From Vicinamibacteria bacterium (GTDB taxonomy: Bacteria > Acidobacteriota > Vicinamibacteria > Marinacidobacterales > Marinacidobacteraceae), in NCBI GenBank assembly GCA_963422395.1, contig OY729431.1, positions 2,752,001 to 2,816,000 of the forward strand: a DNA stretch of 64,000 bases, read 5' to 3'. This document shows positions 10,056 through 18,090 of the stretch, piece by piece. Each line of letters opens with the position of its first letter. The stretch's first letter is position 1. The translations under genes and the position numbers were made by a program. Below the pieces are notes generated by a model. It was not told the DNA's origin, ran no database searches, and saw only the letters and a list, made by a program, of their open reading frames with translations.

Positions 10056-10694
10056 TCAGGTCAGGGCGAGGAAGGACGCCGGATCCTCCCACTGGCTGGC
10101 TTCGAACTTGAAGAGCCGCGATTTGTCGATGAGGAGCTGCCCGTCGTCGGCCAGGCTCACCCCGACCCGCTCCAGGGGCCGCGGCGCCGGACCCTCGAAG
10201 TTGATCCCGGTGGCGTAGAAGCCGCTGCCGTGGCAGGGGCATTTGAATTTGCTCTCCGCCTCCAACCAGTTCGGAGTGCACCCCAAATGGGTGCAGATCG
10301 TGGACAGGGCGTAGATCTTCTCCTCATCCCGAACGATCCACACCTGGTACCGCTCCTTGAAACGGGTGTCCACCACCCCGATCGAGAAATCGTCGGGGAA
10401 ACCGGCCTTGAATGTGGACGGCGGCTCGGTCAGCACATTCGGGAAGAGGAACCGCCCCACCGCAGTCAGCCCCATCGCCATCGCAGCGGTGAAGACGCTC
10501 CAGCCGACGATCAGGAAGGGGAACTCGCGGCGGCTGACCTGCTTCGCACCGGTTTTCTTCGGAGCTGCCCTTTTCGCGCCGGCGATCTTCGGGCCGACAG
10601 GAGTCCGTTCGGTTGGCGTCCGTTTGGCCGGCGCCGCACCGGACGAACCGGACGAACCGGACGCCGCGGGCGGGCGTTCCGGATTCTCGGACAT
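10056..10694 (-). CDS. petC: Rieske iron-sulfur protein
   Basis: Tat-like SRREF plus TM helix; CTHLGC and CPCHGS boxes. Confidence 0.95.
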   Translation of the reverse strand: MSENPERPPAASGSSGSSGAAPAKRTPTERTPVGPKIAGAKRAAPKKTGAKQVSRREFPFLIVGWSVFTAAMAMGLTAVGRFLFPNVLTEPPSTFKAGFPDDFSIGVVDTRFKERYQVWIVRDEEKIYALSTICTHLGCTPNWLEAESKFKCPCHGSGFYATGINFEGPAPRPLERVGVSLADDGQLLIDKSRLFKFEASQWEDPASFLALT

Positions 10695-10731
10695 TTTCTA
10701 CGAGGGGAGGTCGGGCTCGGGGAGGGCGGCG

Positions 10732-10737
10732 ATTCTA
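10732..10737 (-). promoter_or_regulatory. putative -10 element (TAGAAT) of the respiratory operon
   Basis: TAGAAT about 38 nt upstream of the Rieske start, in very GC-rich context. Confidence 0.45.
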
Positions 10738-10816
10738 ACGGAACGAGTCCGAAAAACGGCGGCGGAATCGGCTTTGGACGACTTTTTCGGCGGGAGCGGC
10801 AGGCAGCAGGATTTCC

Positions 10817-11704
10817 TCAGGGATCCCTCGAGGGCCCTCCCCGGCCGCCGTCTTCGATGGCCGAGAGGGCCGCCTGGCGCACCCGGAGGTCCGGATCGCC
10901 AGCGGCCAACCCTCGAAGCGCGGCTTGGACCACCGGACTGTCGAGCACTCCGGCAGCCTGAACCGCGGTCAGACGCGCCAGCGCGCGCTCGTTCTCCAGC
11001 ATGTCGGGCGCCCGCGCCCAGTAGCCGGATTCCATCATTCCGAGCAACCGCTCGGCCGCGGCCTGATCACCGATCCGAGCAAGGGCGACGACCGCATTCA
11101 CCGAGACATCGAGGACCGGATCCTCGACCGCCCGGCGGAGCGCAGCGGAGGCAGAGGGATCCCCGAGCGCCCCGAGTCCATAGACCGCCATGGTGCGCAG
11201 ACCGGCGTCCTCCGCACTGCTGGCCTCGACGAGCGCGGACACCGCCCGCGGGCCGCCGATTGCGCCCAGCGCCCAGGCCGCATAGACGCGGACCGTCTCG
11301 TCCGGGTCACCGAGCGCCGGCGCGAGCACTTCGACCGCGGCCGGTTCGGCCAGGGTTCCGAGCGCCAGCGCCAGGTATTGGCGCACCCAGGGATCCGTGG
11401 GCGAGATGGCCTCTTGGAAGGCCAGGATCAGATCCGGGCCGAGTGCCGCGAATTCCCCCGGCTCACCGTGCTGGATGCGGTTTGCGAGTTCGAAAGCCGC
11501 CTGCCGCTTTTCCCGGTGTCCTCCGGCTCGAATGCGCTGCAGATAGTCGCTGGCCGTCGTGTCGTCGGCAACGAGCCAGGTGAACCCGAGGAAGATGCCG
11601 ACGCCCAGTGCCACGACCAGCATCGGGATGACGAAGAACTGCAGGAGCGTCCGGCCGAACGAGACCTGTCCGGGATCGGAAACGGGCGAAGAGTCCGGGG
11701 GCAC
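10817..11704 (-). CDS. membrane-anchored HEAT-repeat protein (start approximate)
   Basis: TM segment FFVIPMLVVALGVGIFLGFTWL, then repeats VRQYLALALG, VRVYAAWALG, LRTMAVYGLG, VRQAAL; the upstream part of the ORF-track call overlaps the aroF-like gene. Confidence 0.85.
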   Translation of the reverse strand: MPPDSSPVSDPGQVSFGRTLLQFFVIPMLVVALGVGIFLGFTWLVADDTTASDYLQRIRAGGHREKRQAAFELANRIQHGEPGEFAALGPDLILAFQEAISPTDPWVRQYLALALGTLAEPAAVEVLAPALGDPDETVRVYAAWALGAIGGPRAVSALVEASSAEDAGLRTMAVYGLGALGDPSASAALRRAVEDPVLDVSVNAVVALARIGDQAAAERLLGMMESGYWARAPDMLENERALARLTAVQAAGVLDSPVVQAALRGLAAGDPDLRVRQAALSAIEDGGRGGPSRDP

Positions 11705-11730
11705 GGGGGAGGTTTTCGAAGAGCGGATTC

Positions 11731-12735
11731 CTACAACCGCTCCAGCTGCGCCATCGCCCGCTGATCTCGGACGATCCCCTCGAAGGTCGGAACATCCACG
11801 GTCTGGAGCGGATCGGTGTAGGCGGTGTCCGGGTGAGTATGTACCTCGATCAGCAACCCCGAAGCGCCGGCTCCCAGGGCGGCGCGCGCCAGCGGGCGGA
11901 CGCGGTCGCGCTCGGCCACCGCGCGGGACGGGTCCACCAGCACCGGCAGATGGGATATGCGCCGCACTACCGGGACCACATGGAGGTCGAGCAGGGTCCG
12001 GCGTTGTCCCCCGGTGCGTATTCCGCGTTCGCAGAGGATCACTTCCCGCTTTCCGCGGGCCAGCAGGGACTCCGCCGCCATGAGCCATTCCTCGATGGTC
12101 GCCGACCGCCCCCGCTCCAGAACGACGGGAACCGGCAGGGATGCCGCTACCTCGAGCAGCGGTTCGTTCTCCATGTGCCGGGCGGCGATCTGGACGACAT
12201 CCACATGCTCCGCGACCCGCTCGGCGGACCTCGGATCCACGATCTCGGAGACGACCGGAAGCCCGGTCTCGGCCCGCACCCGGTCCAGCGTGTGGAGTCC
12301 CTCGTCGCCGAGACCGGCGAAATGGTAGGGGCCGACCCTTTCGGACCACAGCCGGGCGCGGAACAGGTCCGCCCCGGCGGCCTGGACCGCCCGGGCGATC
12401 TCCAGGGTGCGCGCTTCGGTCTCGACGCTGCCCGGGCCAGCGATGAGCACGGGGGCCGACCCTCCCACCGCGGCGCCGCGGACCGGGACCACGCTGTCGT
12501 TCGGATGGACCTCGCGGCTGACCAGCTTGAAAGGCTTGGTGACCGGAATACAACGGACCACTCCCGGCAGCCGTGAAAGGAACGAATCATCCACCGGGCC
12601 GCGGTTGCCGGTCACGCAGATCGCGGTCCGATCGGCGCCCGGAACCCGAAGCGGGGTGAACCCCATGGTTCGGATCGCCCCCTCGACCCGAAGGCACTGC
12701 TCCTCGGTCGGTCCGGGGGTCATGATGACGAGCAC
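11731..12735 (-). CDS. DAHP synthase (type I-beta) homologue with N-terminal regulatory domain and degenerate active site
   Basis: colinear with AroF (KPFKLVSRE, IAGPxSVE, LCERGIRT, IEVH) but key catalytic residues replaced. Confidence 0.85.
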   Translation of the reverse strand: MLVIMTPGPTEEQCLRVEGAIRTMGFTPLRVPGADRTAICVTGNRGPVDDSFLSRLPGVVRCIPVTKPFKLVSREVHPNDSVVPVRGAAVGGSAPVLIAGPGSVETEARTLEIARAVQAAGADLFRARLWSERVGPYHFAGLGDEGLHTLDRVRAETGLPVVSEIVDPRSAERVAEHVDVVQIAARHMENEPLLEVAASLPVPVVLERGRSATIEEWLMAAESLLARGKREVILCERGIRTGGQRRTLLDLHVVPVVRRISHLPVLVDPSRAVAERDRVRPLARAALGAGASGLLIEVHTHPDTAYTDPLQTVDVPTFEGIVRDQRAMAQLERL

Positions 12736-12749
12736 GGCGCCGGGTCTCC

Positions 12750-13547
12750 CTATTCGTTCCCCGCCAGGTTCCGTACGGCAGCTCCGTAGCGGGAGATCAG
12801 ATCGGCCGCGTCACCCGCGGTGCGGAAGGCGCGCTCGACGAGGCGGGCCAGATGGCTCCCGACGACCGCGATCCGGGCGCCGGCCTCGAAGGCACGGACG
12901 AGCTGCTCTCGCTGGGAAAGACCGAACCCCAGGCAGATCGGCGTTTCGACACTTCCGGCAACGGCCTGCACCCGGTGCAGCATGGCAGCGAAACCGTGGC
13001 CGCGCACCCCGGTAACCCCCTGAAACCCTGCGAGGTACAGAAAACAGGAGGCACTCGCCAGACGGAGCAGACGAGACTCGGGGGTCAGCGGACCCGCCAG
13101 TTGTACCTGGCCGAGATCCGCCTGACGGCAGGCTCGGCGGAGCGGAGCTGATTCCTCCAGCGGGATGTCCGGCACCAGAAGCGAAGAGGCCCCGCAGTGA
13201 GCGGCTTCGGCGGCGAAGCCCTCGTACCCCCATCGGTGCACGAGATTGCCGTACACGAGGAGATTGAGCGGCGTGTCCGGACACGCATCCCGAATTCTGG
13301 CGAGCGTTCGAAAGGCGGATCGTGTCGAGGCGCCCCCCTCGAGCGCCCGCTGCTGGGATGCCTGGATGGCTGGGCCGTCGGCAACCGGATCGCTGTAGGG
13401 AAATCCGATTTCCAGCATTCCGGCTCCGGCGGAGACGGCGGCCTCGGCGAGCTGCAGCGTGAGTTCGAGCGTCGGGTCTCCGAGGACGAGGAACGGAGAA
13501 ACCGACCGTCCGCGGGCCAAGGTGGCGTGAAGGGCCTGCAGACTCAC
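12750..13547 (-). CDS. trpA: tryptophan synthase alpha chain
   Basis: LEIGFPYSDPVADGPAIQ, GVTG, GFG; GTG start overlaps the trpB stop. Confidence 0.95.
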   Translation of the reverse strand: MSLQALHATLARGRSVSPFLVLGDPTLELTLQLAEAAVSAGAGMLEIGFPYSDPVADGPAIQASQQRALEGGASTRSAFRTLARIRDACPDTPLNLLVYGNLVHRWGYEGFAAEAAHCGASSLLVPDIPLEESAPLRRACRQADLGQVQLAGPLTPESRLLRLASASCFLYLAGFQGVTGVRGHGFAAMLHRVQAVAGSVETPICLGFGLSQREQLVRAFEAGARIAVVGSHLARLVERAFRTAGDAADLISRYGAAVRNLAGNE

Positions 13548-14755
13548 CGTTTCCCCCCGACAACGGGACGGTCGAGCGAGAAGTAGATCGGCAGGTCCTT
13601 GTCGCCGCGCCCGCAAAGGTTCAACAACACTCGGGTCCCTTCCGCGATCTCTCCCGTCCGCCGGGCACGCAGGACGAACGCCAGAGCGTGCGCCGGTTCG
13701 AGGGCCGGCACGATCCCCTCCGTCGCCGAGAGAACTTCGAACGCGTCGAGAGCCTCCTCGTCGGTAGCCGCCACATAGCGGGCGCGGCCGGTCTCCTGCA
13801 GATGCGCGTGCTCCGGGCCCACTCCGGGATAGTCGAGGCCGGCAGCGATGCTGTGCGGTTCGCGGATCTGCCCCTCGTCGTCCTGAAGCACCATGGTGCG
13901 CGCCCCGTGCAGCAGGCCGGGGCTGCCGCGGACCAAGGTCGCTCCATGCTGTCCACTGTCGAGGCCGGCGCCGCCGGGTTCGACTCCGAAGAGAAGAACC
14001 GATCCATGCGGGACGAAGGCGTGGAAGATGCCGATGGCATTGCTTCCTCCTCCGACGCAGGCCACGACCGCATCCGGCAAGCCGCCGAATGTGCGGCGCC
14101 ACTGCTGCTTGGCCTCCCGGCCGATGATGGCGTGGAAGCCGCGGACCAGGCGCGGAAACGGGTGCGGTCCGGCAGCCGTTCCCAGCAGGTAGTGCGTGGA
14201 TGCGAGGCTCCGGGTCCAATCGCGGAGTGCCTCGTTGATCGCGTCCTTGAGGGTGCGGGCGCCCGTTGTCACCGGGATCACTTCGGCGCCGCAAAGTTCC
14301 ATCCGCTTCACATTGAGGGCCTGGCGCTCCATGTCCTTTTCCCCCATGTAGATCACCGCCTCCATCCCGAACCGGGCAGCGATCATCGCGGTCGCCGTAC
14401 CGTGCTGCCCGGCGCCGGTCTCGGCGATCAGCCGGGTCTTGCCCATGAAACGGGCGAGCAGGGCCTGCCCCAGGACATTGTTGGCCTTATGCGCCCCGCC
14501 GTGCAGCAGGTCCTCCCGCTTGAAGACGACTTCGAGCCCCGCACGCTCCGAGAACCGAGGCGCCCGGGTGATCGGAGTGGGACGTCCGACCCATTCGCGG
14601 GCTTCCCGGTCGAGCTCCCGCCGAAAGTCGGCGTTTCCGACGATCTCCCGTCGGGCCGTCTCGAGTTCTTCGAGGGCCGGAGTCAACAGTTCGGGGGCGA
14701 AACGACCGCCGAAGGAACCGAAGGCGCCGAGGCGCGGCCGAGGGGCGCGGATCAT
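13544..14755 (-). CDS. trpB: tryptophan synthase beta chain
   Basis: KREDLLHGGAHKANN, AETGAGQHG, VGGGSNA, GLDYPGVGP, GRGDKD; ATG overlaps the trpF stop. Confidence 0.97.
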   Translation of the reverse strand: MIRAPRPRLGAFGSFGGRFAPELLTPALEELETARREIVGNADFRRELDREAREWVGRPTPITRAPRFSERAGLEVVFKREDLLHGGAHKANNVLGQALLARFMGKTRLIAETGAGQHGTATAMIAARFGMEAVIYMGEKDMERQALNVKRMELCGAEVIPVTTGARTLKDAINEALRDWTRSLASTHYLLGTAAGPHPFPRLVRGFHAIIGREAKQQWRRTFGGLPDAVVACVGGGSNAIGIFHAFVPHGSVLLFGVEPGGAGLDSGQHGATLVRGSPGLLHGARTMVLQDDEGQIREPHSIAAGLDYPGVGPEHAHLQETGRARYVAATDEEALDAFEVLSATEGIVPALEPAHALAFVLRARRTGEIAEGTRVLLNLCGRGDKDLPIYFSLDRPVVGGKR

Positions 14756-15375
14756 GCGGCAGCGCCGACTCCGAGGTTCTCGAAAAACCACCGCAGCCGT
14801 TCGGGGTCCTTGATCCCGGGCGCGGACTCGATCCCGCTCGAAACATCCACCCCCCAAGGCTGGTGCGGGAGCAGGGATCCGATGTTCTCGGGGCGGAGCC
14901 CGCCGGCGATGAACGCCCGGGGAGGGGCTTTCTCGCCCAGGATGCGCCAATCGAAAGAGCGGCCGCTGCCGCCGCCCCCCACATCGAAGACCAGCGGGCC
15001 TTCCGGCTCCCGCGGAGCCACGAAACGAGGCAGCCGGGCGGCAGCCTCCGGAACGGGCACCACCCGGTGGACGATCAATCCCGCGGCTCGCAGGGCGTGG
15101 ACGCCGGAATCGGCCAGTCCGTGAGGCTGCACCCGCACCACCCCGAGCGCGGCGGCATCGGCGGCGACCTCGGCGCGGCGGCGGCGTCCGGTGGCCAGCA
15201 CCGGCCGCACTGCCGGATCCACCTCCCGGGCGGCGGCGATGACCCGGCGAGCTTCCTCGATCGTCGCCGACCGGGGCGAATCGGGCGCCCGCACGATCCC
15301 GATCCAGCGGGCTCCGAGGCTCACCGCGAGCCGGGCGTCCTCGGGGCGGCGAAGGCCGCAGATCTTGACTTCCAC
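14752..15375 (-). CDS. trpF: phosphoribosylanthranilate isomerase
   Basis: VKICG, GGSGRSFDW, AGGL, DVSSGIESAPGIKD. Confidence 0.95.
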   Translation of the reverse strand: MEVKICGLRRPEDARLAVSLGARWIGIVRAPDSPRSATIEEARRVIAAAREVDPAVRPVLATGRRRRAEVAADAAALGVVRVQPHGLADSGVHALRAAGLIVHRVVPVPEAAARLPRFVAPREPEGPLVFDVGGGGSGRSFDWRILGEKAPPRAFIAGGLRPENIGSLLPHQPWGVDVSSGIESAPGIKDPERLRWFFENLGVGAAA

Positions 15376-15384
15376 GCCCGGCTC

Positions 15385-16155
15385 TCAACCGCCCCCGGAG
15401 AGTCCAGCGGCGGTCCGCAGGAAGTGCGACGGATCGGCAGCCCGCAGGAGCGCCGTCCCGATCAGCACCGCGTCGGCGCGGCCGCGCACCTCCGAAAGGT
15501 GCCCCGGTTCGAGATAGCCGCTCTCCGCGACCACGATCCGGTCCCTGGGGATGTGTGGAAGAAGGTCGACCGCCCGGCGCCGGTCGGTGCGAAGGGTGTC
15601 GAGGTCCCGATTGTTGATCCCGAGGATCGCATCCTCGAGCCGGAGCGCCCGCTCGATCTCCGAATCGTCGTGAACCTCGATCAGCGGGTCGAGCCCCAGA
15701 CCGGCGGCTTCGGCGGAAAGCCCGCGCAGCTTCACGTCGCCGAGGCAGCGGGCGATGAGCAGAACCGCAGAGGCCCCGGCGGACCATCCAGCCCGGACCT
15801 GCGCCGGACTCACCACGAAATCCTTCATCAGGACGGGCAGGCCGGCGGCGCGGGAGGCACGAGTCAGATCCTCGAGGGAGCCCCCGAACCCGTACGGATC
15901 GGTCAGCACGGAAAGCGCAACCGCGCCGGCGTCCCGGTAAGCGAGAGCCCGGTCTCCCGGATCCGCTTCCGAAAGCGCCCCTGCGCTGGGGCTCCGACGC
16001 TTGAACTCGGCGATCACCGAGAGGGTCTTCCGGCCGCGGATCGCGTCCCGGAACGAAGGCGCCGGAACAGCGGGCGGCGGGAACGACCGGGACTCGAGGC
16101 GCGCCGCGCGCTGTTCCGCCTTGCCCACGAGTACGGGGAGCACGCCTCCGCTCAT
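15385..16155 (-). CDS. trpC: indole-3-glycerol phosphate synthase
   Basis: IAEFKRRSPS, SVLTD, LMKDF, GINNRDL, AESG. Confidence 0.95.
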   Translation of the reverse strand: MSGGVLPVLVGKAEQRAARLESRSFPPPAVPAPSFRDAIRGRKTLSVIAEFKRRSPSAGALSEADPGDRALAYRDAGAVALSVLTDPYGFGGSLEDLTRASRAAGLPVLMKDFVVSPAQVRAGWSAGASAVLLIARCLGDVKLRGLSAEAAGLGLDPLIEVHDDSEIERALRLEDAILGINNRDLDTLRTDRRRAVDLLPHIPRDRIVVAESGYLEPGHLSEVRGRADAVLIGTALLRAADPSHFLRTAAGLSGGG

Positions 16156-16316
16156 GGCCGGCTATCCAGCCCGGATCGCTTCGCGACCCATCCACACCTT
16201 CCCCGCAGGAAGGGGGAATCCTCTCCCCGGCGCCCCATATCGGCATGCCTGCCGGCACCGATGTTCGCCGTACGCCGCGCCGCTTCCCGGCATTGCATGA
16301 CTTCTCCCACCGGGTG

Positions 16317-17336
16317 CTACCCGGTGATCCGCATACTCGTCTCGATGTAGCGGTCGAGCGACCGGAGCGCGCGTCCGGATTCGAGAATCTCACCGGCGGT
16401 CCGGATCCCGGAGTCGAGATCCCGAGCGAGCCCGGCCACGGTCAAGGCCGCGCCTGCGTTCGCCGCGACCACATCCCGCTTCGGACCTTCCGCCCCACCC
16501 GAGAGCACCGCCCTGAGGATCGCCGCATTTTCACTCGTGGCGCCGCCGGCGAGCTCAGAGATCGGAGCCGGTTGCAGGCCGAAATCCGAAGCGCGGATTT
16601 CTACCGGACTCACCTGGCCGCCGGCGAGGCGGTGCCCGCGGGTGGGAGCATGGAGGCCGATCTCATCGAGCCCGTCGCAATGCACGACCAGCGCGCCCGT
16701 CGAACCCAGTTCACCGAGCGCGGCGGCGACCGTCTCGGTGAGCGACGGGTCGTAAACGCCGATCAATTGGCGGTCGGCGAGTGCCGGGTTGGCGAGCGGA
16801 CCGAGAACATTGAACAGCGTGCGGATACCGAGCGCGCGCCGGGCCGGGCCCACATGGGCCATCGCCGGATGGAAGGCCGGAGCGAAGAGGAACACGAATC
16901 CGGTCGCGTCGAGGATCCGGGCGGCCTGAGCCGGCTCGAGGTGGAGCTGGGCACCGCAAGCCTCGAGCACATCGGCGCTGCCGGTGATCGAGGAGACGCT
17001 GCGGTTGCCGTGTTTGGCCACCGCACCGCCGGCTGCCGCGACCACGAGCGCCGTCGCCGTGGAGATGTTGAACGTGCCGCTGCGGTCTCCGCCGGTCCCG
17101 CAGGTATCCACCAGCGGACGAACCTGAGAGACGACTGCCTTCCGGTGGCTGCGCATGGCCCGGGCGCAGGCAGCGAGAGTCGGGGCATCGGGTTCGCTGA
17201 CCCGGAGGGCAACGAGCAGCCCGGCGGTCTGGGCCACATCGCTTTCTCCGGCGAGAATGCGGTGCAAGGCGGTTTCGAGCGCGCCGGAGTCCGCCGATTC
17301 GCCGGCGAGCAGAGTTTCGAGAAGCGGGGCGATCAA
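16317..17336 (-). CDS. trpD: anthranilate phosphoribosyltransferase
   Basis: DTCGTGGD, FNIST, KHGNRSVSS, GPLANP; SD AGGAG ahead of a TTG start. Confidence 0.96.
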   Translation of the reverse strand: MIAPLLETLLAGESADSGALETALHRILAGESDVAQTAGLLVALRVSEPDAPTLAACARAMRSHRKAVVSQVRPLVDTCGTGGDRSGTFNISTATALVVAAAGGAVAKHGNRSVSSITGSADVLEACGAQLHLEPAQAARILDATGFVFLFAPAFHPAMAHVGPARRALGIRTLFNVLGPLANPALADRQLIGVYDPSLTETVAAALGELGSTGALVVHCDGLDEIGLHAPTRGHRLAGGQVSPVEIRASDFGLQPAPISELAGGATSENAAILRAVLSGGAEGPKRDVVAANAGAALTVAGLARDLDSGIRTAGEILESGRALRSLDRYIETSMRITG

Positions 17337-17379
17337 GAGCCTTCTCCTTCCTGATAGAGGGAACGGCGGTTCGACGGAT

Positions 17380-17468
17380 CAACAGTCTGTGGAGGAGGTA
17401 GCGCGAGCTCAGCGAGCGGTCCGGTTTCTCCCGGTGGAGGCGCGCGGCGGACGAGGCGCGATTCGGGA
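17380..17468 (-). mobile_element. partial copy of the MITE family, in the trpD 5' leader
   Basis: reverse complement tcccgaatcgcgcctcgtccgccgcgcgcctcc...gctcgcgctacctcctccacagactgttg aligns with the right half of 59745..59934. Confidence 0.6.
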
Positions 17469-17573
17469 ACCGTCGGCACCCCGCGGCGCCGCGCGCTCTT
17501 CACGAGGAACAAGGAATGGCTCCGGAGGCGCCCCGGAAACGAGCCGCCTCCCGCCGGGAATCGGGGAATGACT

Positions 17574-17681
17574 TCAGGGAAGGACGGGCGAGTCGGAACT
17601 TGCTGCGCGAGACGAGCCTGGCCTGCTTCGAAATCGCCATCGCCAGAACGAGTGCCCAGGGCGCGGGGACTCGCAACGCAT
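17574..17681 (-). CDS. trpL: putative trp leader peptide (35 aa, FWRWRF)
   Basis: ATG at 17681 gives MRCESPRPGHSFWRWRFRS...; TACAAT at 17702-17697 upstream; alternative hairpins downstream. Confidence 0.55.
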   Translation of the reverse strand: MRCESPRPGHSFWRWRFRSRPGSSRAASSDSPVLP

Positions 17682-17843
17682 CGTGATCAGCAGGGCATTG
17701 TACCCGCGCCGCTTCAACAGCCCGGGAAGGCGCCCTAGCAGCCTGCGCCGCAGAAACGGGGCGGGCCATATGGTGGTGGCGACGAGCGGACGGTCGGGCT
17801 GCTCGAGAGTTCGGACCGGGGGGCGACACGGTTGCTTGGCATA

Positions 17844-17868
17844 TAACTCATTGTATATCATACACTTA
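17844..17868. promoter_or_regulatory. AT-rich quasi-palindrome, IHF-like site
   Basis: TAACTCATTGTATATCATACACTTA; near-match to WATCAANNNNTTR on both strands. Confidence 0.4.
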
Positions 17869-18090
17869 CGGAATCCCGAGGCACCGGACGATCTGCGAGG
17901 TGCAATCGGCGTTCGTCGACTCGCGGCTGAACAACCTACCGCAAGGTCACAGCTAACACCCATTCGGCTTGTTACCATCCGGGGCCTTCGCAAGCTCCGG
18001 GCCTCTCGGATCTGGATTTCGGCACGCCCCGTCAGTCCTCGCAGGGTGTTTCCAGAGTTCGCCAGCCGGGCCCCGAAGCGAAACTGCCTG

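Noticed and set aside
10817-12553. 578-aa HEAT protein call
   Set aside because: The upstream half overlaps the aroF-like gene in another frame and is low-complexity Arg/Pro/Gly
13544-16393. 949-aa ORF suggesting a long TrpB fusion
   Set aside because: The N-terminal part is an off-frame read of trpC/trpF; the real trpB starts at ATG 14755
17844-17868. AT-rich dyad as the chromosomal dif site
   Set aside because: Lacks the XerD arm TTATGTTAAAT
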